Positions 25,023 through 36,824 of a DNA stretch of 64,000 nucleotides are shown piece by piece. The notes below the pieces were generated by a model. The model made no database searches, was not told the DNA's origin, and was given only the letters and a program-made list of their open reading frames with translations. Source of the DNA: Stegostoma tigrinum. Taxonomy: Eukaryota. Positions within the stretch are counted from its first letter, which is position 1. Each line of letters begins with the position of its first letter. Where the stretch lies: positions 66,402,685 to 66,466,684 of the forward strand of contig NC_081354.1 of assembly GCF_030684315.1 (NCBI RefSeq), in the 5' to 3' direction. The translations under genes were made by a program, and so were the position numbers.

Positions 25023-26179
25023 GGTATAAATCCTCTATCAATGCTTCATTCTGCCTTTTAAGTGAAGTCAGCTCAGCACATTTTCAGTTTTCCTAAAAGA
25101 CACATTTCCTCTAAACTGTGTGATTATTGCTGATTGTTACTTTGTTATATTGAAATGAAGATTGATGATTAAAATCGATTAAACCTCCAACTGTTGACAT
25201 ACGGTGGGTGTAGCAGACACCATTGGGATTTTTTTTGTTTGTGTAATAGATTAGATGAAACAAAAACAATTGTGTGAGATAAAAAGAGTCTATTTTATCA
25301 CCTTTTCATTTGTGCAAGTTGTCAGTTGACATTTGTTAAATATTCCCATTGAAATTTCTGGCAATAACATTAAACAATAAAAACATGAAAGAAATGCAAA
25401 AGAATTCTGACAGGTGCATAAAAAGTGCTTGGCTTCTAATTGCTATCCAAAATTCCATTCATGGCAATTAAAAATGCAACTGTTATTTGATGTACATGAA
25501 CTAGATGTCTCTTTTGCAGATTTCTTGCCAGCAGTTATTGCTGAAGGTCTTTTCTGAATAGCATTTTCCCTGTTGAAAAATCATTTTAAAACAATGACTT
25601 TCGAATTGATAATTGCAGCCTCAAATCCATGAAAACATACACTTACTGCTCTGCCTTGTAGAATGTGTGAAAAAAATTGAAGTGCCAGAATACTGAAGTG
25701 GTTCAATTTAGTTCCAATTAGAAAAATGTCCACCCCAAAGAAAACTAGCTTAATGATTATTCTGAATAGGCACTAATTTGCTCTCTATATGAATAAGGCA
25801 TTAAATCGTACAAATACACATGGCGTGGTGGTAGTGTTCCAGATAGCCCAGATTCAAATCACACCTGGTCAGGAATTTTATCCAGCATATCTAACCAGAT
25901 TGCTTTAAGAGACCACCTAAAAGCTTATCATTGAGTCATATAACATGACCCATGTCTGAGAAGGCAGTCAAAGTGACATGGTATAGACAGGTGAAAGGCA
26001 GAAAACTTTGGATGTCAGGACTGTCTTTGCTGGTTAGCCCCTTTTTAAAGATATTTATAAAAGAGGTCTATTATGGCAAATCGGTAATATCCCTCCCTCT
26101 AGTCCAAGTTCATCTGCCCCAATTGTGTGTTATGACATGGTTGTTTTAAAATGACTTTATGCCTCAAATCTAAAAGTCA

Positions 26180-26488
26180 AAGAATCCCTACAGTGTGGGA
26201 ACAGGTCCTTCAGGCAAAAAAGTCCACAACAGCCCTCAGAGCATCCCACTCAGATCCATCCCTCATAACCCACCTAATCTACACATCCCTGAACACTATG
26301 GGAAATTTAGCATGGCCAATCCACTTAGCCGGTACATCTTTGGACTGTGGGAGGAAACCGGAGCGTCTGGAGAAAACCCACACCGACACAGGGAGAATGT
26401 GCAAACTCCACACAGACAGGATGGAATCAAATCCAAGTCCCTGGCACTATGAGACAGCAGTGCTAACCAGTGAGTCACTGTGCTGCCC
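26180..26488 (-). mobile_element. HE1 SINE
   Basis: Head, V-domain and tail as in the other copies. Confidence 0.9.
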
Positions 26489-26498
26489 ATCAGAAAGT

Positions 26499-26554
26499 GT
26501 CTGATCTTGCAAGTGAATTAGACTTAGGCTTGGTTAGTACCTGAATGGGAGACC
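26499..26554 (+). other. 5S rRNA-derived fragment (SINE3/AmnSINE-type head or 5S pseudogene)
   Basis: ggcttggttagtacctgaatgggagacc matches 5S GGCCTGGTTAGTACTTGGATGGGAGACC at 25/28; preceded by gtctgatct. Confidence 0.55.
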
Positions 26555-27269
26555 ACAGGTTTGGAAGGTTTCTGCTTCCAAAAGAGACTGTTTGTGTCAC
26601 CCTTCTGCATTGCATCCTGCTGAATCATGGAGCTAGTCAGCAGTGTATGCAGTGCTGGACTGCAAATTACTATTGTTTGAGTGAGCAGACCACACAAATG
26701 TCCATGCATCCTGCATCATAATGAATGACCACTGACCAATAATGCAATGTGACCCTGCATGGTTATTGGGTCTTATCATCTTCCATGTACTTAATTCATC
26801 TGTCAGCTTGTCATGTCTTTATTATCTTTGTTTGTATTCTTCTCTATATACATTTGCCCTATCACCACCCACTTCCCAAGTCCTGACACTGTTCACCTTC
26901 AGTTGCCTTTTGGCTGTGCCAGAGTCCATGAACTGGTATCAGAGGCTGACCATGACTTACTGTGCCAAGACCCCTGGACTCAAAGATGACTCCCCCCCCC
27001 CCCCCACCCTTTTTCTATGACTGAACACTAATTTCCTTTAACTTTCAGAATGGCCATTAAAAGCATGATTCCTGTGTTTGTCACTTCAGCTGTATTGTAC
27101 CACAACACTCCTTTATTTACATCTATATATAGCAGCACAGGAAATACAACTGTCCAGTATAGAGTCTAAGACCTCTGTCTTCGCAAGCTCATTCTAGACT
27201 CCTATCTTCTCTCCCACAAATGTCAGATTCTTGCAATCATACATGATTTTCTTTAATCTCATTATACCA

Positions 27270-27460
27270 CAAGAATAGCAGAGTCTTCCTGGTGTCCTTA
27301 CCTACATTTATCCTCAACCAGTATCACAAAAATAACCTGATTATCTGGTCATTTCTTCAAGAGGGACCTGGTTGTGTACAAGTTGTCTGCCAAACTTCCT
27401 GCACTGTAACCATTACCTGGAAAATGCACTGGGATATCTGAGGTTTAAATAAATGCAAAT
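27270..27460 (+). mobile_element. DeuSINE-like (Deu domain + L2-type tail) remnant
   Basis: gcagagtcttcctggtgtcct..catttatcctcaacc..gattatctggtcatt..tgggatatctgagg..taaatgcaa resembles the recalled SacSINE1/AmnSINE 3' half. Confidence 0.55.
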
Positions 27461-27500
27461 TTAATTTTGAAATGAGAGTACACCAAACTCAGCTTTTACT

Positions 27501-27622
27501 AAGATAATAAAGTGTGAAGCTGGATGAAGCTTTTGTGCTCCTGAGATGCTGCTTGGCCTGCTGTGTTCATCCAGCTTCACACTTTATTATCTTGGATTCT
27601 CCAGCATCTGCAGTTCCCATTA
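27501..27622 (+). mobile_element. Fold-back Penelope mini-element with 12-bp TSD
   Basis: TSD tcagcttttact at 27489-27500 and 27623-27634; 27501-27528 is an inverted copy of the internal ttcatccagcttcacactttattatctt. Confidence 0.88.
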
Positions 27623-28729
27623 TCAGCTTTTACTCAATTTAGTCTGCAGCACCATGTTCCTTAATTTGACATTATTTAGATTATGGTACAAGAACGGTTG
27701 TGTATGGAATCTAAATGCATCATTACATTAACATGCATTCTTCTAAGGATAAACTGCAGTATTTGGAAGGTAATTTTCTGCTGTTCATGAGCTATAATGA
27801 ATTGGGGACTGTTTTTGGGATGATATCAAACCAGTGTGAAATTAGCAGGGCCAGAATGAGCAGCCTATTTTCCAATGTCTTTTTTCCATCGAAATACTGA
27901 AACTGAAGTTCTAACACTTTGCAGGCTTATTTCCCACTCTCATCATAATGGATGCTTAATTTGAAATCGAAAACATTAGCAATATTTTCCAAGCCAATGC
28001 AGAAGAAAAACTGGCACAGTGTGGATGTTGCTAGAAGCCTTTCCCATCTGTCTGGCAGAGATAAATTTCTCCCCTGTTCTGGATACAACGGGGGGACTTT
28101 TGACAGAATTTCTCTTGACATACAATGTTGATCGGAGAGCACAGAAACTAAGGGGAAACAGCATTCATCCTATTTTTTAAGACTTCTGTGGCTCTGCCGC
28201 CAGTTAGGGTAAACATATAAGCAGATCTTTATGAATTCAATGTAACTAATAATCACAGCATTCTTCCTTCATAGTAATGGGTGAAATAACTTACTTGAAA
28301 ATTCAGCTTGACTTATTGAACACATTCTCTCCCTTCATTTTTTTTGGTTATTCAAATGTCATTAAAGTTTACCTTTTTAAGGAAATTTCTTTTAAGGAAA
28401 TTCCTTTTGGTTAGGTTTGATATTTTTGGCATCTACCACTTTCTCATTCATATTCTTATCTAATGTATATTTTATACATCAGTCCCATTTGCCTCAACTG
28501 CTTCTAGTTGTAAAGTATTCCATGTTCCCATAGTTCTCTGGGTAAACAAGTGTATTCTGAATTAATTTCTGTTTGATTTTTTTTGGTGACTACCTTCATA
28601 TAGATGGCCTGTAATTTAGCTTTTTTTTATATATGGAAAATTCACTTTACATCTACTCCACCAAAACCTTTTATTATTTTAGAAATCTTTAAATACCTCT
28701 TTACAGGATCCCAGTTTAATAACTCATAT

Positions 28730-29322
28730 GGGGAGACAGTATGGTATTATCACTAGTCTGTTAATCCAGAGACCCAGGGGATGTTCTGGGGTTAGAGATA
28801 ATGGGAACTGCAGCTGCTGGAGAATCCAAGATAACAAAGTGTGAAGCTGGATGAGCACAGCAGGCCAAGCAGCATCTCAGGAGCACAAAAGCTGACGTTT
28901 CGGGTCCAGACCCTTCATCCGATGCTCTCCAATGAAGGGTCTAGGCCCGAAACATCAGCTTTTGTGCTCCTGAGATGCTGCTTGGCCTGCTGTGTTCATC
29001 CAGCTTCACACTTTGTTATCTTCGATGTTCTGGGGTTATCGGTTTGAATCCCACCATGGTAGATGGTGGAATTTGAATTCAATAAAAATCTGGAGTTAGA
29101 GGTCTCACGACAACCATGAAATCATTCCCGATTGATAGGAAAATCCATCTAGTTCACTGACATCCTTTCGGGAAGGAAATTGCCATCCTTACCAGGTCTG
29201 GCCTCTATGTGACTCCAGATCCGCAGTAATGTGGTTTACTCTGAATTGCCGGATAAACAATTAGGGATGGGCAATAAATGCTGGCCTAGTCCCACACCTA
29301 CATTTCATGACAGAAATAAAAC
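28730..29322 (+). mobile_element. tRNA-headed SINE with L2-like 3' tail, interrupted by a Penelope mini-element
   Basis: Head ggggagacagtatggtattatcact..ggtttgaatccc; tail aattagggatgggcaataaatgctggcctag; same family as 59180-59565 and 63535-63870. Confidence 0.8.
28795..29023 (-). mobile_element. Palindromic Penelope pLTR mini-element with 15-bp TSD
   Basis: TSD gatgttctggggtta at 28780-28794 and 29024-29038; inverted arms ~28828-28918 and ~28932-29022. Confidence 0.9.
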
Positions 29323-30020
29323 AATCTGGAAGATAGCACCTTGAAAATGCAGCGCTTTCACTTTTGTTTGTGAATTTTCACTTATTTTGTGTGCCTGTGG
29401 ACTACGAGTTGAATTAATCACTCTCTGACCAGAAGAAAAGCATGTCATTTGAGGACTATCTAAGACATTTCAAAGTTTGAGTGGTCTGTTGAGTAAATGA
29501 ATCTTCTTTGATTTTGCTGATTATACACTTTTTGTGAATAAATAGCGTTAATTCTGGAAAATTGTAGCAAAAATACAGAGATTGTGTGTGCAGCTGATGG
29601 TGTTGCAAATCTGTACCAATGTAATTTGTCATTGTCATTTGTGGTCATTATTCACCCTCTCTCTTTTTACATGTCCCGTCAATAAGCCACACTGAGCCTC
29701 TGGGCGGTGTCACAGTCAGATCCATGGATGAATAGGAACTCTCATTAAGCAGATCACTGGAGCCCTCAAACAATGACTAGGATATTTTTGGTTAATTTCC
29801 AGGATAGAATCCAGAAAGAATGCCTTAAATGACAATTGTTTATGCTTCTCCAACTTTGATTTTCAGTGGCAATATTTGTGATATATAAAGGAATGGTGGA
29901 AACCCAACAGGGCTCCAATATCAAAACACTAAGCTGAGCTTTGCAGAACGTCAATAACATGTGAAGAGGAGCCTTACCTTAACAATTATGGTAAACTAAT
30001 TATATTTGTTCCTCCACAAG

Positions 30021-30110
30021 ATTGATCTGTCCTCGCACCAGAGCCATCAAACAAATAATGTGGGCGCTCTGCCAAGCAGCCTATTGTATAACGCAAAGGG
30101 TGAAAAATTG
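30021..30110 (+). other. Candidate 90-nt exon or conserved non-coding element
   Basis: ttcctccacaag acceptor, TTG|gtgagt donor, two open frames (IDLSSHQ...; LICPRTR...), retained CpGs; protein not recognised. Confidence 0.2.
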
Positions 30111-30847
30111 GTGAGTCCAGCTGTAGATTCTTAAAGGGTCAGATGTGGCATCCTCCTGAAATGTGTCTCCAGAGAGTCTTAGTAACTATGTCCAACCAGC
30201 CAATGTAACTCATGTATGTTGCCAACGTGCAAAAAAACTACATCTTGCTCTTAAATTTACTCTCGTCATGACTCACATAGTTTATCCCCTATCAATGTTT
30301 ATCAATTAAATTCTTAAACCAGTAAAGCGGAATGGTGGCAGTAATTTCCCTAACCACAAATGGCTAGTGATTGGATCGACAAACATATCAGAAACCTACT
30401 ACAAACACCACAAGCAGCATCATCTCTCGGTTTTTATCCTAGTGCTATTATTTATTGTTATTTGACATGTTTGATGCTGTGGGTGACTGATGAAAACATT
30501 GATAATCAGCTACGTTCAATACAAAATTGTCAATAATGATTCATTTTGCACTTCTGAGCCATGTTATCAGAACAGAATTAATGCTATACCACTTTGTACA
30601 TTATTCAGTCCATTTTTTAAAAATATTGCATTCTTTTGGTCAATGCCAGTTTTTTGGAAGATTTTCACTGCAGGGCCTGGTGAAATTATTTGCCTTGGTT
30701 TACCAAACTTGCCTTGCTAATTACACAGCAACCCCACCCCCCCGCTTCAGAATCAGCTGCATCGCTAACACCCATGGCCCATTTTGCATCTCATTGAGCA
30801 CTGCCATTATAAAGCTGCTTTGATCACTCAAGGACAAGAGTTTGAAC

Positions 30848-31085
30848 ATGTCAGAGAGGGGGAAAATTGCATTGGCTTTCTCTGACGAGGACCTTGAGGT
30901 CCTGGGGAATGGCCGGCCCAGAGGAGTGTGTTGTCTTCCTTGTGGAATGGCAGAGCAGACCATGCCACCAGATTCTGCCAGCCCGGTCTGAAGTCATCAG
31001 ATGGGTGTGAACTATCTCCAGGATGTGAAGGGATGGCGAGCAATACAGGAATTAAAAAGCTCAGTGACTTAACCACTCTGCAAGG
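30848..31085 (+). pseudogene. PIF/Harbinger transposon Myb/SANT-like (NAIF1/MSANTD-type) gene remnant
   Basis: MSERGKIALAFSDEDLEVL, then frameshifted QRSVL..HQILPARSEVIRWV and KKLSDL..SAR followed by a degenerate donor gcaagt. Confidence 0.55.
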
Positions 31086-32130
31086 GCAAGTGCCACACTC
31101 TTCTCTCTGCCATGTTGCACTCACTCCTTCCCTTCTACTGCACTCATCTCCCATCATGGCTTATGTTCTGCCACTTGTGCAAGCCAGTCCCTTATTCTCG
31201 CCAACGTACTACAACATCTCATACTGCGAATAACACTGTAATTTGTTATTAGTTTTTCAAGTAACATAATGCTGATGAAAAGTAACATGACACAAACCAA
31301 TGAGACATCCAACATAAACACTTGGGAATTGCTGTCATAAATAGCCCTAATAGATTGTGAGCATCTGTCTTCCATTGGGCCTCATTCCCATTTTCACTCA
31401 ACACTGGCACTAGTAGTTGAATCTATCACAACTTACATTGGTAATTCCCACTCTGAACAGAGATTTAAGAATTTAGAACAGATTTATTATGGATAAAATT
31501 GACTGGAATTACATGGAGATGTGAAGTGTTTACTACATTACACTGAATAAAAGTAAATTGTTTGAATTTGAATGAGACTGTGTGTCCATATATAATTATA
31601 GCTCTAATCCCACCTTATTCAAACACACCTATTGACTCCCTAGTGCATTGTGACATTGACTATTTTGTGTGCTATTGTTTTTGGTAACAAAGTCCGCCAT
31701 CAATGCCTTCCTCATTAATTGGTGGATTTACTGATAAAGGCAAGATAGAAAATTTCAGTCTTTGAGCAGTGGAAAGTGGGTCAGTTTCTGGGACAGCCTA
31801 TTTGTTATAGATGTTCCCTTGTGACACTCCTGTGCTTTTACAGGTGTAGATGTAAAGCAAAGACTGTCAAAGGAATAACATCAGACATATGTTAAACTAA
31901 AAGCAAGGAAAGGAGTATAATGCAGAATTTTTAAAATGATGATAATGAGAAAAAGGGTGAAAATGAATGAATGAGAAGCAGTATGGAATGAAACACGTAC
32001 CCTGGTGTGTGCTCAACCTCCAGCAGATTATCTTTCCTTTATGTATCTTTAAATATATTTGCTCTTGGTCTCCTCTGCAATGGAGAGTTGAAATGCATAC
32101 TGAGTGACTGCTTTGTGCAAAAGCTACATT

Positions 32131-32910
32131 CATAAATAAATGTGGATGCTGGATGTCAGGAACACATAAAATCATAAATTGCTGGAGAAACTCAGCAGAT
32201 ATGGCAGCATCTGTGGAAAGAGGGATACAGTTAATGTTTTGAGTCCAGTGATCCTTCTTCAGAGTTGCTAGCAACTCGGAAAACGTGATATTTATGATGA
32301 AGACCAGGGGGTGGGGGAAGGAGTGAGCAAATAAAAATGACCCTAACCTTCCAGATTTCTCCACCATGCTCCCTGTTAAAACACTTCTGACTCAGGCCGG
32401 CTGCATTACTCCAGCAAGACTCAATACAAGTTGTAAGAACAACATCATCTTCCATTTGGGTACATTACAGCCTTCAGGTCTCAATATTGAGTTTAATAAT
32501 TGTAGAGAAGGAGCACCTGTTCCAACATCGATTACCCACTTCCATACCCCAAGTACTGCCATGACATGGGTTTCTTTCAGCACTGCCAACCCATTTTCAC
32601 CCAGTCATAGCCCCCATTAGCAATTTTCAAGCTTCTCTTTAGCTTTCTATCAATAAGCCCTTTGCCTTTTTATTCTCCCTCTCTTTCTCTGCACTTTGTC
32701 TTCACCTATTTGCTCACTTCTTCCCCCGACCCCCTTTTCTTCATCATAAATATCACGTTTTCTGAGCTGCTAGCATCTCCGAAGAAGGGTCACTGGACTC
32801 AAAACATTAACTGTCTCCCTCTTTCCACAGATGCTGCCATATCTGCTGAGTTTCTCCAGCAATTTATGATTTTATGTGTCCCTGACATCCAGCATCCACA
32901 TTTATTTATG
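32131..32910 (+). mobile_element. Older Penelope family: 3' fragment with ~200-bp inverted pLTRs
   Basis: 32131-32333 is the reverse complement of 32707-32910; interior reads IIFHLGTLQPSGLNIEFNN (ORF 32366-32620); degenerate hammerhead ccgaaga-agggtcactggactc-aaaacatt at ~32779-32808. Confidence 0.85.
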
Positions 32911-34239
32911 CTGTATTTGCTTTATGTTGATTTTTGTATGATATTCTACATACAATATGAACTTGAGGTAGGTAATATGATATTGAAAAATCAAATGGAA
33001 ATTTATTACAACTTACTAATATATGCTAATATTACATCTAGAAGCACATCTGCATCTGGGCTAACATTAGTAACACAGTTACAAAGAATAGCACGGTTAC
33101 ATCTGTATTTAATGCTTTAAGTGAGCCAAGATAAGTTAGAAACTGAAACCTTCATACTCTCAGCTCACGTGTATGATATAGTGATGATATCATGAGCATA
33201 TCTCAAGGTTATTTTGGCATATTAACTATGACAGAGCATCCCCCTTTTCACATACATGGCTGTGCTTAACAATGTTGTCAATTTGTGAATTATACACACA
33301 TGTAGAAGTAGTATTTACATAATTAATACTTCAAATTTTGGTGTAGTGTTTTGGTGGTTTGACAACGTTATCCTGATCTGGTAATCACATACCAGTCTGA
33401 AGAGGTATGTGTTGTTCCAGTTGCCCTTGGTTGAGAACTTAGTTTTTTTTTGCTGTCACTCAATGTCACTGTACAATTGTCAGATTTTTCTCCTCACTCT
33501 GTTTTGCATGTGATTAGCTTGTTGGCCAGGGTACAGGGCAGGATGTAATGTTTGATATAAAACTGGAACTTCCAGCTTACGTACCTGGCACAATATCGGT
33601 ACTAAACTTCATATACCACAATACTTATTTATTTGACAGGCAGAACATCTTTTTGGCTTGCTGGCAACATCCTGTCAGTGAAAATCACCACTTGTGTTAC
33701 TACTGCATAGTTGCAGTACGAAGCAGCTAGCTTCACCTGTTTCTGAAAGATGTTGGGTGGGGGATGAGGGGGAAAAAAAACACCTTTCCAGAGTGAACTC
33801 GAGACCAAGAGTAATGATCTTAGGGCCCTTCATGAGTTTGCACAGTATCTGGCAAGAAATTATCTGATGAGGGTAGTTATTATCCAACTGAATGGTTTTG
33901 ATGCGCTGTATTTCAGCATGAGATTTTCATGATGAGTAAAAGCATGTCACTTACTTTTTGCTGTTAAGGCCATTCTTATGGAGTATTTAATTGTAGGAAT
34001 TGCAAATGTGTATACTAAGCCATTAAGGCAGTTTTGCAGTTGGCAGTAGAAGAGAACTTGGTCAATTTCTCATTTAGGATATCATTGAAATAGAACTTAT
34101 TTGACTATCCTATTTCAAATGTCAATTTGAATGCATGACAGAGCCCATCAAGCCCTGTAAGGAACTTCTTATGTCAAGCCACAGATAGAAATAAAATGCA
34201 AACATATCTTCTGACTTCAAGAATATGCAAGGATAAAGG

Positions 34240-34870
34240 GGCTAATCCTCATTCCATCAAAACATGCATCTCATTGAACCCAACATGGGAGTTATTTGTG
34301 AGAACTGGGTCGAGCAGGGAATCTATGCACCACCATATAATAGGACGTACATGATGCAATTGAAATTGAGCAGAACCATGGTGAATACTGATTCTCACAA
34401 TGTTGGTTTGCATAAGTTGGCATGCTATAATACTGTAGTACCTAGTACCTCTGTCTTTAGTTTCCACGTATTGCACATTGGTAAATAGACTGGAAAAGTC
34501 AAATGAGCACACTCATACAGTATTGATTTTGATATGCCAGCCCTGTGTAATCTTCACAAGTTTGAAGGAACCCTCCATCATACAACTGGTTGCAGCAGTG
34601 CATCTATTTGGCCAGTTCATGTTATACAGAGCCAATCATTGACTAGATACAGTGTAAGGAGACATACTTTTGTGTGCCTTGGGCAGCCCATCAAGTAATG
34701 CACATGAACCTGATCATATATATCATTCGCAACTCCTTGATCTTTAATAAAGCTACCACATATCTATAAGTGTGATTTTGGAGTCATTTCTTTAATGGTG
34801 GCCACCACTGCTAACCAATATATGTGCTTTTCCTCCAGTAGTGTATCTTTTGCCTGATGTGGCATTGCTT
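34240..34870 (-). mobile_element. Degraded Penelope-type reverse transcriptase fragment
   Basis: ORF 34249-34512 MCSFDFSSLFTNV (PLE motif SFDV.SLFTNVP) and SLLDPVLTN...GFNE (GSPLGPVLAN-like). Confidence 0.65.
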
Positions 34871-35249
34871 TTGTTATCCCTCATAACAGAAGAATTAGAT
34901 GTGGATAACATGGTACTTCAACAGGTGTTTATTATAGTACACTAATATATACAAATATTACATTCACAGGCCCATCTGCTACGAAGCTACAAAGACTAGT
35001 ATTCTTCCACCAGTATTTCCTTCTTCAAGTAACCCTTCTTGAAGTCTGAGATCTTTTATACCTTCAAGTCACATGCTGTGATAGAGTGATGATGTCACGA
35101 GCATGCCTCTCGTGGTGTCATAAATTACGAACTGTGAAGCATAACATAATACATGGTTAAAAGCACATTTAGGAGGCATTTCATACTTGGTATCCTTTGT
35201 ACCTATTGGCTATCTAGTAATAAAGTTACCAATTTTCTCCATGAAATTA

Positions 35250-36400
35250 TTATGTTCATATTTTTATGAGAAAGTAGGAAATAGTGGAAATATTTTAAAA
35301 AAGACGTGTGATTGTTGAAACCAGAAAAGAGAAGAACAGGCATTGACATCTGTCTAAAAGAATATTGCAAGTAGAGTATCACATAGATTTGTTTTGGGAC
35401 ATTTTTAAGATCTTTATAAATAATTTGACTCCGCTATTATTGAGTGTAGTGCCTACATTTACAGCTGCTATAAGACTGATGAAGGCAGTGGATTTGAAGG
35501 CTCAATGGGATAAGCTGAAGGAAGATTTGAAGGTGCTTGGGAATTGGGCAGTCAGGTGCCAGATTAAATTCATTCAAAGTGAAGAAATGTCAAGTGCTTC
35601 ACTTGAAGACAAAATAAATACATGGAAAGACAACTGCCCAAATGGAGATGGAAATAATGTCCACAGAAAATAGAAGCAAACCTGAGATCATGAGCTGACA
35701 ATACGTTGAAAATATTCCAACAATATTCAGTGAAAATGCATAAAGTAAATGAGATGTTGGCTAACATTTGGCTGAAATAGTGAGATGATTGCATGGCTTA
35801 TAAATAATTGGTATAATTACACTTAGAGTACTATTTACCGTTCTGACCACCACCACACAAGAAGCGTGTTGTTGCTGTTGAAATAATATTAGAAAGCAAC
35901 AACATTGAATGAAGGGGTGGAAAGATAATGTCATGAGTAGCACTTGCGTAAGTAAGCATACTCTCTTTTTAAGAGTCCAACTACGTATTGTGAACCAAAA
36001 CAAGCTACCTCACCTTGTCCAGAAAAGTAAAATTAGAGGCCTTGAGTGGGATGTGAAGTGGGTGTGAGGGTGGAGCTTATAAAGGGGTGTGGGTGGATAA
36101 ATTCAGAACTTTGACAGTAATAGTAGGAACTGCAGATGCTGGAGAATCCGAGATAACAAGGTGTAGAGCTGGATGAACACAACAGGCCAAGCAGCATCTT
36201 AGGAGCGGCTGCTTGGCCTGCTGTGTTCATCCAGCTTTACACCTTGTTATTTCTCATTGACAGTAATTTTTTTTTAAACCCGTGTGGTCGATCTGTGGGA
36301 AAGCCTTCCAAGAGTGAACTGTTCATAATGTTTCATTCACATGTATATTTGATCAATTTCCTTCTGCAAATAACATTTTAGTATACTATGGATGTATAAT
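35250..36400 (+). mobile_element. Ancient CR1/L2-type LINE remnant
   Basis: IFKIFINNL...KLKEDLKVLGNWAVRCQIKF (ORF 35365-35673), resembling LFLIYINDL..LQ.DL..L..WA..WQM.F. Confidence 0.55.
36122..36256 (-). mobile_element. Fold-back Penelope mini-element with 11-bp TSD
   Basis: TSD ttgacagtaat at 36111-36121 and 36257-36267; inverted arms gataacaaggtgtagagctggatgaacac..gcagc / gctgc..gtgttcatccagctttacaccttgttat. Confidence 0.88.
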
Positions 36401-36513
36401 TTAAGATACAGCATGGTAAATTTGGCAAACTTGGAAAGAAAAAAATGTAACTTTGTATTTATAATTCTCAAAGCTTTCCTTCACTGGAACTTTGGGTTTG
36501 CTGTGAATTAATT

Positions 36514-36824
36514 GGGGGCGGCACAGTGGCGCAGTGGTTAGCACTGCAGCCTCACAGCGCCAAGGACCCAGGTTTGATTCCCGCCTCAGGCGACTGTCTG
36601 TGTGGAGTTTGCACATTCTCCCCGTGTCTGCGTGGGTTTCCTCCGGGTGCTCCAGTTTCCTCCCACAGTCCAAACATGTGCAGGCTAGGTGGATTGAACA
36701 TGCTAAATTGCCCGTAGTGTTCAGGGTTATGGGGGGGATGGGCCTGGATGGGATGCTTCAAAGGGCAGTGTGAACTTGTTGGGCCGAAGGGCCTGTTTCC
36801 ACGCTGTAGGGAATCTAATCTAAT
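36514..36824 (+). mobile_element. Full-length HE1 SINE
   Basis: A box tggcgcagtgg, B box ggtttgattcc, V-domain, tail gtagggaatctaatc; taattg on both sides (36509-36514 and 36821-36826). Confidence 0.95.

Noticed and set aside
28828-29022. miRNA precursor or MITE (also 32131-32910 and 45640-45826)
   Set aside because: The arms are Penelope pLTR copies with an asymmetric tail and variable-length TSDs, not DNA-transposon TIRs; no recognised miRNA.
35086-35120. Hairpin gatgtcacgag/ctcgtggtgtc as a hammerhead
   Set aside because: Lacks the CUGA and GAAA boxes and lies opposite to the neighbouring PLE strand.
36514-36590. tRNA gene
   Set aside because: The A/B boxes are the HE1 SINE head and continue into the V-domain and LINE-derived tail.
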